Shown here: positions 41,901 to 55,779 of the stretch, piece by piece
Position numbering within the stretch: position 1 is the stretch's first letter
Layout: each line of letters begins with the position of its first letter
Translations under genes and position numbers: made by a program
The notes under the pieces: generated by a model
Told to the model about the DNA's origin: nothing
The model's input: only the letters and a program-made list of their open reading frames with translations
Databases searched by the model: none
Source of the DNA: the human T2T-CHM13v2.0 reference genome, Homo sapiens
Strand: one strand, 5' to 3'
DNA length: 64,000 nucleotides
Assembly (NCBI RefSeq): GCF_009914755.1
Contig: NC_060929.1

Positions 41901-42200
41901 GGCTGGAAATGGTGGCTCATGCCTATAATCCCAGCACTTTGGAAGGCCAAGGGAACAGGATCCGTTGAGCCCAGGAATTTGAAAGCAGCCTGGGCAACAT
42001 AGTGAGATCTCCATCTTTATAAATTAAATAGAAAATTAGCTGGGTGTGGTAGTGTGCATCTGTCATCCAGCTACTTGGGAAATTTAGCTGGGAAGACTGC
42101 CTGAGCCCAGGAGATCAAGGCTGCAGTGAGCCGTGTTCACACCACTGCACTCCAGCCTGGGGGACAGAGAAACCTTTTCTTAAAAAAAAAAAAAAAAAAA
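41901..42200 (+). mobile_element. AluJ
   Basis: TTGAGCCCAGGA, CAGCCTGGGCAACATAGTGAGA, poly(A) tail. Confidence 0.92.
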
Positions 42201-43007
42201 GAATAAAATGGCTCAGAGCAGGAGTGAGGGTTGGATACAGATGGAACCTTAGGGTGCATCCCCATGGTACAGTCTGAGTGTGCAGGGGGTGAGAGTCGGG
42301 TGAGGGCTCCCAGCGTGTGTATTCATTCGTCTGTCATTCCCTTCCCCAATGTTTGCTGCACAATTGCTGTGCAACTCTTCTGTTCAGGGCCGGGAGACAC
42401 AGCCCAGCTATAAATGAGGCTCTCATGGCCCCAGTACTCTTGGGATTCCTTTCCAGGCGAGGGACCCAGGCACCAGGTTGAAGTAGACAAGAAGCCCTGA
42501 CTCCACTGCTGGATGTGAGGGTCACGCAGGGATGAAGGGGCAGAGGCAGCCACCCAGCTGACCACGTGGGAGGCTGACCTTCCTGACCTGTGGTTGCCTC
42601 ATCTGCAGGACAAAAGAAGAGAGTCACTCCCACACATAGTGGCCATGAAGAAGCCATGGTGTGCCCTAGCACAGTAATGGTACAGATGGACACAAAGATT
42701 AATCTCCCATTTTCTTTCAAGCAATGATACACCCACTCTCGTTCCACAGGGAGAAGAATCTTTGTAAAACTTTTGTCTTAAATCGGGATCCAGCCATTCC
42801 TTGGGATGGACATCATTATATGCGGCCACTATTTACCTTGCCTTTTTCTGTTGTACCATCAAGTCAGGGGCTGTATAGGGCCACCCACCTCCATTCAGCA
42901 GGGGAGAGAGGGGGCTTCCCAGAGAGGTGCCCCAGTTCTACAAAATGTCAAGATCAGTCTTCTCCATTTCTCTTCAATATGACTCCACAGAGAGCTTTCT
43001 CCAAAGC

Positions 43008-43351
43008 TGTATTAGTCCATTTTCACACTGCTATAAAGAACTACCTGACACTGGGGAATTCATAAAGAAAAGAGGTTTGACTCACAGTTCCACATGGCTG
43101 GGGAGGCCTTAGGAAACTTACAATCATGGCAGAAGTTGAAGGGGAAGCAGGCAGGAGAGAGAGAGCACAAAGAGGAAGCGCCAAACACCTTTCAACCACC
43201 AGATCTCGTGAGAACTCACTCACTATCAAGAGAACAGCATGGGGGAACCGCGACCGTGATCCAATCGCCTCCCACCAAGTCCTGCCCTCGACACATGGGA
43301 ATCACAATTGAAGATGAGATATGGGTGGAGACCCAGAGCCAAATCATATCA
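43008..43351 (-). mobile_element. THE1D/MSTA-type MaLR solo LTR
   Basis: TGTATTAGTCCATTTTCACACTGCTATAAAGAACTACC ... CAGAGCCAAATCATATCA. Confidence 0.92.
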
Positions 43352-44119
43352 AAGAGTGTCTTCAATTTTCCTGGATCAACTTCAGAGTAAAGAACTGAAT
43401 TGAACCCTCCAAAACAACCTACTGTAGATCTGTTATGCAGTGGCAAAGAAGAATCAAAACGTCAGTGTCTAATTAAAGCCCATAAAGAAAAATTAAATTC
43501 CTTTAATGATGCCATTTATTGTCATGGATACTCAGGGTGGAAAACACAGATGAAAATGCATGAAGGAAATTTTGCACATAGTGAAAAATAGACGTTGGGA
43601 ATCATAACTTGTGGTGTATTTATTCTACAACGGAATTATAATTGTCTCATTTTATTCTGAATATATGCCTCAATGATTTGTGTTAATACAGAGAATAAAT
43701 GTTCCAGAATTTATTCTTTGAATTACATTTGTAGAGAATTTTTTCTTTCAATTCTGAAAGAACAGTATAGGAGTTTGCAGCACCATGCAAACAAAAACCA
43801 CAATGTTTCTATCTAAAAACGTATACTGAAAATGGGTATTCTATATTTCAAAATGTAAGGGTTTTCAAAGATGGGGTTTTGTGGGTCCGGGGGATGGAAT
43901 GAGAGAACACCAGGCAAGCCATGTTAGAGCCGAGCCCTGGAGTTAAGCATAAAGTATGAAGTGTGGATTAAATCTCCCAGTCTACCCAATTGGAAGAGCC
44001 TCACATGGATTCGTTAAGAATTAAGTTAATTGGGTTTGCTGTAAGGTTGGTGTCCTTCCTGCTGGAAAATTTCCCAGGTCTTCCTCGGTGTTAGTGCCCA
44101 CCAGCCTCCCCGGTCACCC

Positions 44120-44300
44120 TGTTAGCCCAGACTTTAATTAGCTCTGGCGTCCTCTTCATAATGATAAATGCAGAGATGATGAATCGAAATGCAAATGACG
44201 GTGAAGTGCCTCAGCCATCAGCGCTGAATATCATTAATACCTTCCCACTGTTAAATCGATCACTGTCATCCCCGGATGCCGGCGTGCGGCGGGGCACATG
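44120..44300. promoter_or_regulatory. Candidate enhancer with octamer and homeodomain sites
   Basis: ATGCAAAT at 44189-44196, TTAATTAG, CATTAAT, AAATCGAT; repeat-free. Confidence 0.4.
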
Positions 44301-45389
44301 GCTGCCAGCCAGAACGCCTTCCAGAGCCCCGGCAGGCCAGGCTTGGTAGGGTTTTCCTCCCATATGCTTTTATTCATCTTTTGCAGAATATTTGTTTGGC
44401 AACCAGAGTTCCAATATATTTCCAGCTGAGGTGATAACTATTTTGGGTCAATAAGCAAATAGCTAATTTAGAGCAAAATAAATACCAATAAGCAACTGTT
44501 CCTTGAGCATCAAGAACTGAAAGAAAGCATCAAGATCTTTCAGATTCTGACCCATTTCAAAACTGAAAGAGCTGCTTATAAGCTGTATATAATGTTGATC
44601 TTAAAGAGAAAATTCTATCTATAACCCCAATTTAAATGATTTTTTATTTCTTTCTCCCCAAGATCTTGGACCACCAAGTAGTGTTATGGCCACTGTGGTA
44701 GAATTGATTCTCCCTGAAACTCGTGTTTTCGTAAGAATGAGATGCCTCTTCTCTAGAGAGGAGCCCCGCAAAATGCCTCAAAAACTCATGCCACCGACAG
44801 CTCTGGTCCTCTCCCCTGGCAGCTGAAAAACATTACTTCCTCTTGCATGGAGCTGGGCCTTATCTATCAATTTAAGGGTTAAGGTGTTGCTTTGGCCCTT
44901 TTATTTTAATTAACTGAAAAGGCACACTGTAAAAAACAACAACAACAACGAAAAACTCAACCTGGGAAAAGCAATAGATAAATTCTACCTGTACCTCCAT
45001 TTCTGATCCGCCCCCCATTTCTCCAGCCCCCTCTCCCTTCACTTCAGCCACACTTCTTTTTTCTCCACTCCTGACCGTCTGTGTGCTAAGTCGTGTGACA
45101 TCCCCAAAAAGAGCCTGGAGGTCTTCATGGCGAACACCCTGGAGATGCTCCTGGTGAGGGTGATATCAGGCACCATGTTACTTGAAAATCTGCCCCCTTC
45201 CCAAGCCAAAAGGTGACCATTTTGATCCTGTTATCCAAGATTTGAGACACCAACCCTTAGAGAGGTTCACCTGAGCACACAAGCTCAAGACATGTGGAAT
45301 AGTCTATTGTGGGTATGCTAACAATTTTGCTCAGTCTTCAGGGAAAACTCTCAGTAGAGTGAGGCAAGAAAGTCGACCAACGCACTCTT

Positions 45390-45900
45390 GGCTTTCTCCC
45401 CAAATCCGCTCCTTCCGCAGTGTTGGTTCCCTTCTCAGAAACAGATGCCACCATCAAGATGGCCTTCATTACAGAAATCTGAGGCCCTGGCGCACCTCCG
45501 TGCCACCTCCCTCCTGCACTGTGCCCATGCGGCCTCTCCATCCTGTGTCTTTCCAAACACATCGTTGCTTTGTTGCTGCTGCCTCTGCCTTCATCCTCCC
45601 TCAGTCTTCCCCATGAGCAGGTGCAGCAGCCTTGCCTGGATCCTGGCTTCTTTTCCTGATGTTCCATTTTCCCCGAAATTCATTTTCCAACAGCAAGCCA
45701 CAGTGGCCTTGGGAGATGACTTATGTCACCGGGAAATTCTCATGCTTAAAATATTTCAGAGGTTTTCCTTCTCCCTGAGAAAATCTAAACTCCCAGACTT
45801 GCCTTCAGAGCCTCCTGCCATGTGCCCAGGACTCCCTTCTGGACCCCTCGTGCCAGCCCCCTGCCCTCATACCTGCCCCTTGCACTCCCTTTCTTCACCC
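45390..45900 (+). mobile_element. L2 LINE fragment
   Basis: CAGCAAGCCACAGTGGCCTT...TGCTTAAAATATTTCAGAGGTTTTCC...AAAATCTAAACTCC typical of the L2 3' region. Confidence 0.7.
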
Positions 45901-46044
45901 CACCTGAGTCCTTCTCCACCTCAGGGCAGGTACATGCAACACGCCTGCGCTACTAAGCTGGGAAAAACCCTGCCTGGTATTTTATGTGACATCATGGAGG
46001 ATAAATCTCATGAGTAATAGCAGACGGGTGGTTCTAGCCTCATA

Positions 46045-46225
46045 GCAGACATGACCTCAGCAGTTGCTCGAAGTCTTCTGCCTCAGATTCCTTATCTCTA
46101 ACATGAAATATTAGCTATCCCTTAGGAAGGTTGTAAGGACTAAATGAGGGGGAATATGTGTGAAGGTGCTTGGACCCTTGACACATAAACATGATAAGTG
46201 TTTAATGGCTTTACCTCCTATTATC
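46045..46225 (+). mobile_element. MIR
   Basis: TGACCTCAGCAG...TGCCTCAGATTCCTTATCT...GGTTGTAAGGACTAAATGAG. Confidence 0.75.
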
Positions 46226-46624
46226 TTGATGGTCTCTGCATGAATATCACTAGGTCCCAGGAGCCTTCCTAGAACCAGCGATAAACTGTGTTTTCCAAAG
46301 CTGATGGCACCACTCTCTTCCATCCCACATGCCCTTCAGCAGTAGGATCTTGCCCAGCTCATGATGGGAAGAGGCTGTTTTTCTGACCCCTGTCCATCTG
46401 GGTGGGCTCTAGGATTGCTCTGATGGAGCAGCTCAGCCTGTGACACTGCGACAATCTGATGGAGATTTTGAGAGCCTTGGGCTCCTTCTTCTTGCCCTTG
46501 GGAATGCTCGCTCTTGGATGCTCCCTCTGGGATGCCACCCACTGTGTCCTGAGAAGCTCAAGCAACAGAGCGGTCACCTTTCAGGCTCTGGCTGATATCT
46601 GAGCAGGCAGGCTACAACCAGGAT

Positions 46625-46770
46625 CCACCGCCAGCCGTGCCAGTGTGCCATCTTGGGTATCCAGCATGGCTGAGCCTCAGGCGAGTCCAGCCCCGGCAAC
46701 ATCTGACTGCAACAGAGTGAGAGGCCCCAAGCGCCAACTGCCCGGCTGAGCCCTGGCACCCCTTAGACTC
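46625..46770 (+). mobile_element. MLT1 LTR fragment
   Basis: GCCATCTTGG...CAGCCCCGGCAACATCTGACTGCAAC...AACTGCCCGGCTGAGCCC. Confidence 0.7.
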
Positions 46771-46904
46771 CTGAGAGCTAAAGCTAAAGTGGCGTCCTAA
46801 CCCACCAAGCTTCTCTTTCAACTACCAGAATAGGTCCCCTAACAGGGCCTTGTGATACTGAGGAGCTCAGCTCCACCCTTTTCATGGTCTCTCACGGCAT
46901 TTCT

Positions 46905-47040
46905 CAATTCTTATGTCTCCCTCACTAGAATGAAATTCCCCTGAGGACAGGGACCACTTGTTTTTTTTTCAGCACTGGATGGAGCCCATTGCCTAGTGGG
47001 ATCTCAGGAAACATTTGTAGAATAAGTGAATATGGATAAA
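46905..47040 (+). mobile_element. L2 3' end
   Basis: CACTAGAATGAAATTCCCCTGAGGACAGGGACC...CTCAGGAAACATTTGTAGAATAAGTGAAT. Confidence 0.65.
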
Positions 47041-48587
47041 TGCTGCGTTCTGATCTTTGGTGACACTGCCTCATCTCCTGGCCAGCAGGCTGACTTCAGT
47101 GAGTGATGATAGGCGGAAGGCCAGAGAGCTGGCTCCAGGGACCTCACAGGCTGAGAGCCTCATCGATCACAAAAACCCAGCCTTCCAAACCCAGTCACGG
47201 GCTGCACTCGGCCCAGCCAGCTTCAGGCCTATCTATTCTTGGGATGAATTTAACAGTCACTTCAATTAATTGTAAACGTTTATATTAGGAATAAATGCAA
47301 CTTCGCAAAGGAAAATCTTAAGTGGCAAGGCAAAAAATTATATTTTAGTTCCATTTTAAAAATTTCAGTACAGTTATTCTGCTTATCATGTTAATAATTT
47401 ATAGACATGTCAGCTTAAAGACAATGAAGATAAACTGTTTCTCTTTCCCTTAAAGCATTATCTATAGCTGTAAGGTATCTTTTAGAATTACCATTTCATT
47501 AAAATTAACATCTTAATATTACATTTTATAACAATACCTCCTTTTTTAATGAGATAATGAGAGATTATAAAAGCACCTTTAAGGCAAAGTAATTTCTTCA
47601 TAAAATAAATAAAGATAAATTAATTTGCATCTGACTATAGGTTAAATATTTTATTTTATTTGTATAATGAAAACCGAAAAATAAAAGGAGACAAATGTTT
47701 TGTTACCTTGGTACCGACGAAGGTTTTGGCATCCTTTCTAGAGAGTGCTAGCCAACTTCAATAACATCAGGAACATGAGGAAATAAATTAGACATTTTAA
47801 TTGTGAGATGATAACGTGCTGATGGAAGAGCTGGGACTAAGCCAAAACAAATGTTAATGACAAAACAATAATCTAAGCAAAGTAGGAAACATTAGACTCT
47901 ATGGGCTTCGAAAGAAAATAAAAAAAGCAAAATTGGTAGTGCTTCTAAGGTTATGAAGCTCATAAACTATAGATGATATAAATTGTGAATGAAGTTGACA
48001 AGTTTATTATAGATAACCCCGACTGCTTTAAGCAGTAAATAAGAAGCATAATTGGCTAAAATTTTAGATAGCATGAATGTTTGATGTTTTAAGTAACTAC
48101 AAGAAAATTGTATCCCTAAGGAAAGCAAAGAAATTTCAAAGTAAGGAGTCCACAGTACCCACTCATTGGTGACCAACAATGAAAATTTGCTCCATTTTAT
48201 ACCATTTTCATTCGGAAACATGACTATGGATGAGCAGTCTTGGATGAAACAATTTTACTTGTCAGATTTTCCAAACAATAGGTCCATTCTCAATACAATT
48301 AGCAAGTTGGCAGAGGGGAGAGCCGGATGGAAGCTGCTGACGCCATGAGAATTGATTAGCCCTCGATCTCCACCTTCCCGAGATGCAACCACAGGCATTC
48401 AGATGTGACTATGCATGGGGTAGCCAGCAGAGGATCTTCTGTCCTGGTTTTGCTGCTTCCTTGGGGGTGCTGCATGCTTGACTATCCCTCCCACCCAAAG
48501 TCTGACACATGAGAATACCGATGGTTGCAGAGAACATGACATAGAGAGCTCAGATGGCTTTGTGAACTCTCACTTGAGCTAACTAGC

Positions 48588-51500
48588 TTTTAATCAGCTT
48601 TACTGGGGTGTAACTTACATACAAAAAATTTATACATTTTAAGTGTACAGTATGATGAGTTTTAATAAACACGCACATCTTAGTAACCACTTCCATCAAG
48701 ATGCTGGACATTTCTCAAGCCCCAGAAAGTTTTCTCAGGTCTCTGCCCTGCCAAAAGACACCTCTTCAGGTCAACGCTGATCCAATTCTTAGTAGTCCAG
48801 ATTGATTTTGCCTGTTCCAGAAATTCATATAAATGGGACTGCACAGTATTTACTTCCTGCATCTGGACTCTTTTGCTCAGCATAACGCCTGTGAAGTTCA
48901 CCTATGCTGTGTGCTAGTAATTCATTGTTTTTGTTGCTGAACATTCTTCTGTTGCACCAATGCCCTGAAATTTATTTATCTATCCATCTACTGATAAACA
49001 AGGGTGTCGTTTCCAGTTTGGGGCTGTTATGGATACAGCTGCTTTGAACATTGTTTTACAAGATATTTGTATGGGCATAAGTTTTTCTTTCTTCTAGTTA
49101 AATATTTAGGAGCAGGTCATATAGTAAGCGTATAGTAAATATAGGCTTGACTTTACAATTGTTGGGCAAAATGGCTCTGACATTTTATACTCTTACCAGA
49201 AGGATATGAGACTTCCATTAGCTCTGTCCACTTCAACATTTCACACTACTAATCTTTTAAAGTGCGGTGGGATTTGGGATCATTGTGAATTTACTGTGAA
49301 TATACGTGACAACTTATTATACTGAGCACCTTTCACATGCTTGTTGGTCACTTACGTGTTTTCTTTTGTGAAATGACTATTTAAATAGTTCACTCATTTT
49401 TATTAGGATATGTATCTTGTTACAACATTTTTTATTATTGTTCATTTGCATACATTTATGTATATCTATGTAGATACATATGTATTACACAAATTTGTAC
49501 ATTGCATAAATATATATGTATATGTCTATATGTAGTGTTATACAAATATATGTGTATATATATTAATAAATATGTATGTAGAAATTCTGGATACAACCCT
49601 TTGGTCATACATATGTGTTGTGACCATTTCTCCCAGGCTGTAGATTGATTTTTTTATGTCCTTAATAACATCTTTTGAAGATTTTCTTTTTGAGACAGGG
49701 CCTTGCTCTATCAGCAAATTTGGGGTGCAGTGGAGCCATTATAGCCCACTGTCACCCGGGCTCAAGCAATCCTCCCTCCTTCCTCCTCAGCCTCCCAAGT
49801 AGCTGGGACTACAGGCATGCGCCACCAGGCCTGGCTGTCTTTTGAAGACCTTAACATTTTAAAATTGAAGGCATCCAGTTTATTATTTTGTTGTATAGCT
49901 ATATAACCAAACCAACTTTCCCATGTTAATTTTTGCATGCTATATCTATCTCATCCTTTTACTTTCAGTGATTGTCTTTATATTTAAAACACATCACTTG
50001 TAGACAGAATTTGGTCAGATCTGGCTTTTCCAATCAGTCTAAAATCTCTGTCTTGTATTTTTGCATAATGAGTCCATTTGATTTGAATGTACTTGATATG
50101 GTTGTGTCAAATCTACCATTTTACTCTTTGGTCCTCATTTATTCCTTCACTCCCTCTGCTATTCTATTGCTGTTTTGCTTGAAGTAATAAAATAGTTTAA
50201 TATTCCTTTCGATTTCACCTTTTAGCTTCTAATCTACAATTATTTATTATCATTATTGGCAGTTATCTAAGGCTAATAATAAGCATCCTCAACTTATTAG
50301 TCTACTTAGGTTCAATATTTTATTTTCTCCCACTTGAAACTTCTTACTTTACGCCTGATATTGCCTGCATCTCACTTTAAATATGTAATAAGTTTGCTAT
50401 ATATAATCCTATATACCCCTCCCTCATTGTTTTTGAAATTGCCGTATTATGTGCATATGCATGTCTGTGTGTGTGTATATATAGGTGTGTGTGTATACAT
50501 ATATATATAAAATATATATACTTCTGCAGAGAGAAAATCTCCATCATACGGTGCTGTTGTTTTTTTCTCTGGCAAAAGTCAGTTGTGTTTTAAATAGATT
50601 ATGAAAGAAAGAAAAGAAATTACTCAAATTATTTTATATTCATCTCTTCAGATTCCACTTTCGATATATTCTTCCCTATGCATTCAAGTCTCCATTGCAT
50701 ATAATGTCCCTTCAGCAATCCCAGATGTTTTAAATCTTAAAATGTCTTTATTTCACTCTTACTTTAAAAAATATTATATTTGAATATAGGATTTCTTTTT
50801 CTCTTCCTTTTAGCACCGTAAAGATGGTGTTCCATTGTCTGCTGGTCTCCATTGTTTCTGATAAAAAATCAGTAATATTCTTACCCTTGTTCCCTACACC
50901 CTTTCTGCTGTTGTGTTTTATTTCGTTTCTTGGCTGCCTTCAAGACTGTCATTTCATCTTTGTTTTGGGCTATTTGGCTATGATGTATCTAGTTGTTGTT
51001 CATTTTCTGTCTTTCTGTCTCTCTCTATCTCTCTCTGCATCTCTCCATCTTTCTCCCACACCCCTGCTACACACACACACAAACACAGGATTCACTGATA
51101 TTCTTGGATCTGTTAGTCAGTGTCTTATAAATCAAAATCAAATTCAGGAAGGTTTAGTAATTTCTTCTCAAATATATTTTTTCCTACCCCCAAACTCGCT
51201 TTCTGTTCCTTCTGATGTTCCAACTCAGTGAATGTTAGACCATGTAATAATTTTATGCAAGTTCTGAGGCTCAGTTTAATTTTCTCCAAGTCATTTTCTG
51301 TCTCATTTTAAGACTGGGTAGTTTCTATTTTTCTGCCTTCAAGTACGAGTTTTTCTCCCCCATCATCTACAAGCTACCAAGAGCATGCATTGGATTTTAT
51401 TTGTTATTTTTTCAAGTCTGAAATATTATTTTGATTTTTTATATCATTTATTCTCTACTCAGATCCCTTCACTATTTGATTATGACCATATTTTTCCTTT

Positions 51501-52390
51501 ACTTCATGAGACTGTGTGTGTATGCATGTACACATATCTGTATCTGTAGCCATCAATTCTTTGGTGGCTAATGCCCTTTTCCTTTTTCTTTATACCTTAA
51601 CTATTTTTGAAGGAATAATGAGTCAGAATGTGTAGTATGCTTTAGAAATTCTGGCCTTCATTTTCTTTCCCTGAAAGATTATGATTCTTATTTTTGCAGG
51701 CAGTAAATAGCTGCCTAATTTCATTTAACTTGTGCAGACTGGGTTTTGCACTTTGTCAGGGTAGATGTAGAACATGCGCTGCTCTGGTTGATTCTCCTTG
51801 CTGCCAAGCTCAGCCTTTCTGATGTGTCTGCTGGATGTCAGGGCTATAAGCAAGGTCTTCAGAGACCATCCCACTCTGGCAGGGCTGGAACTCCAAATGC
51901 AGCCTGGATCCTCTCTTGGCCATCACTGCCCCATCTCCAGCATCTCCTTTCTCTTCTCAGGTCCATAGCAGCTGCTGTGTGCCAAGCCTCAGAAGTTCTC
52001 ACCCCACATATGTGCAGCCCAGCTTCTAGCCATGGACTTGCAGGGAGATCTCCTTACGGAATTCTGAGATCCCTCACCACAAAGCTCTCTTGTCTCAATG
52101 CCTCATCCCACAGATTCACACTGGTCTTGGTGTCTTAAACGCTGACCTCTGCCTCTTCAATTCAGTGGGATCATCTTACTTTGCAAAAACCAGCACATTG
52201 TTCTGCAATTGTGGATTGTCCCCACATGAGAGCTGGGTGAACATGGAGTTCACCTCCTGAGTTTACCTTGTTTTTCTACTCCCTGGACATTGGCTGAACA
52301 CCACTGTCTCATCTCGTCTGTCCATTTTTACAGCTGTTCACAGGGAGAAGGTTGCTCCAGGATCAGTTACTCCATCATGGATGTGAAATT
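48588..52390 (-). mobile_element. Old L1M (L1MC/MD/ME-type) fragments: 3' UTR, ORF2/ORF1 remnants and 5' region
   Basis: Reverse L1M 3' end (CAGCTTTACTGGGGTGTAACTTACATAC...TTTAAGTGTACAG; TTTCCAGTTTGGGGCTGTTATG), T-rich strand, ORF2-start and ORF1-like reverse segments; may be several pieces. Confidence 0.75.
49682..49836 (-). mobile_element. Free right Alu monomer (FRAM) or 5'-truncated AluJ
   Basis: Single monomer flanked by TSD TCTTTTGAAGA on both sides. Confidence 0.85.
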
Positions 52391-54579
52391 CTGACCTGAA
52401 AATTTTATGGTGACAAGTGAGCATTTTGGGGGTAAAGAGAAATGATTTACATGTTCCAGGAAGTAACAGATTTGTATTATCTCATCTAAAGCTGCAATAA
52501 GAGAAAATGAATTAAAAATGTAACAATTAGCTGCTTAATTTATTCAATGTAGATAACTGATTCAAGTAATTATGTTCTCAGAGTTAAATTGTTTGGCTTG
52601 AAATCAGTGAGGTGACTTTTCTTGATTAAACAATGTGATATTTACTAGGTCTGTGCTTTGCCTAGTGTCAGGTAGACATGGTTCGAGATACAATCTTTGG
52701 ATGAGGAAATAATTAGTTCCTGCATTATTTTCTCCATTCTTCTCATTAATTTATTATCAGCCCCAGGTTTATATGTGCCATTAGGCAAATTATTTCTCTT
52801 GATTTAAGAACTTCTCTTTTGTTCACATGCAAACATAATTCAGATGGAACTTAATTGTTAATATACATATTTTCTCAAGTTTTAACTTTAAGTTTTTATT
52901 GTTTGCTGTATTCCATGTCTTCCAAATGATTCCCTGTGGAGAAAGTGACAAATTCACTGACACTGACAGGGTGATTCTCATGGAGAATTGCTGTCCAGTG
53001 GAAGTGCTTTGGGTCAGAACCGCAACTAGCTGTATGGAACTCAACACCAACACTTCAATGTGCCCATTCACACTTCCATTCTCATTCTGCTTTTTAAATT
53101 TTGTTGTAAGTTTCTGTACAAATATATAAACATCGAAAATGACAATTTCTGCTTTTGTGCAGAAGTTTCAAAATGCTTGTCATGACTGAAGTGTCTCCCT
53201 ATTTGCTAGCTTTGGTGTTGAAGAAGTGTGGCTTCTACTGATACTCACCTGTTTAATGAGTCATTCATGCATCTCACATCTTGGCGACAAGAACTGTGCT
53301 AAGTGCACACTATGCTTTTGATCTTCTAGAAGGTTATAGAACAACAGGAGGGAAACACAAGATAGAATGAGGAAATAGGGGAAAACAGCACATGTTTGGG
53401 GCTAAAAAATGAGTGGTCTTATAGAGATACGTTGCATGTGTTGGGCAGGGTGGGGGTAAGCTTCAGGGCAGAATAGGAATCGGGCCCTCCCTTCCTCCTT
53501 TTCTGAGGGCATGTAGGAGTATGGGGTGGGACAGGCATGGCCAAGGATCCCATGGTGGTGAGAGTGAGCAGGGCCCTGGCTCCATGTTGAGGACTTGTGC
53601 TGGGATGCCCCATCTAGAGTGCAGACGGGCGCCCACCAGGATACACAGGCACCATCAGGTCACTGGGAGCGAGATGTCTGCACCTTCTCCAGAGTCCCCT
53701 CCTGACCGTTCACATTGCTCCCAAAGAACTGGCCTCTGTGGCATTGGGCCATTCCCTGTCCACCAGCTCTCCCTGCAACTCCACACCCTGGCAGGGGCCA
53801 TCAGATCATGAGCAGGCACCACAGACATCGGAGAAGCTGTGCCCCTGATGCACCCATCCGGCTGTCCTGGTGCCCCAGCCACGGAGTGTGGCCATGAGAT
53901 GGGCTTCTCCCGGAAGTCTTCTCCCCTTGCTGGACCAAGCCTAGGCCCCTGGACCCTCCTGTATGAGTCTTCCCGGGGTGCACCTCTTCCCTCACAGCTG
54001 CCTCTTTGCTTATTCCTGCAGACACTTCCCTCCCACACACACTTCTCTGAAAATATTTCCCTCATGCCAGGTGACCATTCTTCCTGGATCTAGCTCTGAA
54101 AACACTCTGGGCCGCTCCTCTCCTGGTGGATGAAGGCCGTGAGCTGGGCCAGTCCAGTGTAGCGTCTATCGGCCTTAGACGACCTGGAGCCAGGGATTAC
54201 TGAGGATGAAAACACTCTGCGGAAATATGCAAAACCTATCACCTGATGCGGAGGCCACCAGGCTGTGTACGGAGTGTGAGTAAAGGCCGTCATCCTCGAG
54301 CCGCTGATTGGAGCTCCATGGAGCTCCTCCTGCCAATACTCCACTCAGGTGAGCCACACCTGCAGCGTCTCATGGGCTGATGCTCGCCCTCTGCCCTGCT
54401 TCCTGTGTTATCAACACAGCTGATCTTGTCTGCCATTTAGGAACTAGGTTATTTGATGAGCCTAAATCACACAAACACGCAACTCTCTGAGTTCTGTTAC
54501 CGAAAATAGTGTTATAAGTCAGAACAATAGGGTTCACGTTCTTATTGCAGAGTGTTTTCCACATTCCGATCTCAGACAG

Positions 54580-54700
54580 GCTCACCTCAATCCCCACGCT
54601 TCATATGGAGAAGCGGTGTGGGGGGCTCAGGGAGTAGGTGACTCAGGCAAAGTCACACACTGCATGAGTCAGGGGGCCAGGATGCAGGACGCTGTAGAGC
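54580..54700 (-). mobile_element. MIR fragment
   Basis: GGCTCAGGGAGTAGGTGACTCAGGCAAAGTCACACA...GCCAGGATGCAG. Confidence 0.6.
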
Positions 54701-55301
54701 TGAGGTGATTGACAGCCTGAGGTGTTCACTCTCAAGCATGTATTAGCACCGCACCTGCTGAGCCTTAACGGTGAGATGGCAGCAGAGCCTCTCCTGCGTG
54801 GTTCCATCCCATCACACTGTGAGCAGCATCCGGAGTGCAGCGTGGCTCTAGTAAGGCACACCTGCCTGTCCCTGCCACCTGCTGCAGGCCGAGCAGAACA
54901 GCTGCACTTGCGATGCTGGGCCTCCACATTGAGATCCACCCTGACCCACAATGCACTAGGCTACCAGAGAATCCATTTCTACATGCCAATTAAAGACAGC
55001 AGTATAGACGTGTCAAGGCTTGACATTCTTTGTTGAGGACTCAGAAAGCAATGATATCTCTTTGGGGAAGCCATTGACATTTTTGCTATACTGAAAACTG
55101 ATTCTAAACAATATAAGCACATTTTTAGAATCCCACAGACCCTCAATTCTACATAAGTATTTACACAAACACATGCAGGCTGCCTCAGGGACTGTGCAGC
55201 CTCTGCTGTGTCCAGCTCTGGAGCCACAGAAGCAGATCATGGCATGACCAGCCTCCCCTGGAGCAGCCTAGGGCAGAAGCTGGGCCCAATGGTCCACACT
55301 A

Positions 55302-55435
55302 TGTTAACAATTGTTTTATCTCTCAGAGGCAGAATTATGGGTGATTTTCTCTTTTTAAAAATGAGCATATAGTACTTTAAATTACTCATTACAATGAGCA
55401 TATAGTATGCTAATTATCAGAAAAATAAAAATTCC
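55302..55435 (+). mobile_element. L1ME/MC 3' end fragment
   Basis: TGTTAACAATTGTTTTATCTCT...ATTATGGGTGATTTT...AATGAGCATATAGTA (present twice). Confidence 0.55.
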
Positions 55436-55779
55436 ATTTCATTTTAGAAAAAAAAAAAGAAGGAAATCAATTGCATAAGATCAATCTATGGCTTCTTCTG
55501 CAGTTTACACTGAGCCAGTGAAATTCTAAATTGCATTCACACAGGGCAAACATCGTAAGAATTATGAGAATTATGATGATCAAAAATGCATTTATAAGCA
55601 CATTTTAAAATATATATATAGCATGCCTGTGTTTACATGTGAGTTTCCCAGGATGTCCAAACTTCAGAGTTAACTTTACTTAACATCAAAGAACAAGTGG
55701 CTTATTCAAAAGGGAGGAATGCAGCAATACTTTCATTTTTTTTTTTGCAAGATGTGGACCTCTGCTATTATAAAAAAAA

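Noticed and set aside
47690-48350. AT-rich stretch possibly an ancient CR1/L3 remnant or conserved element
   Set aside because: Too degenerate to assign without an HMM search
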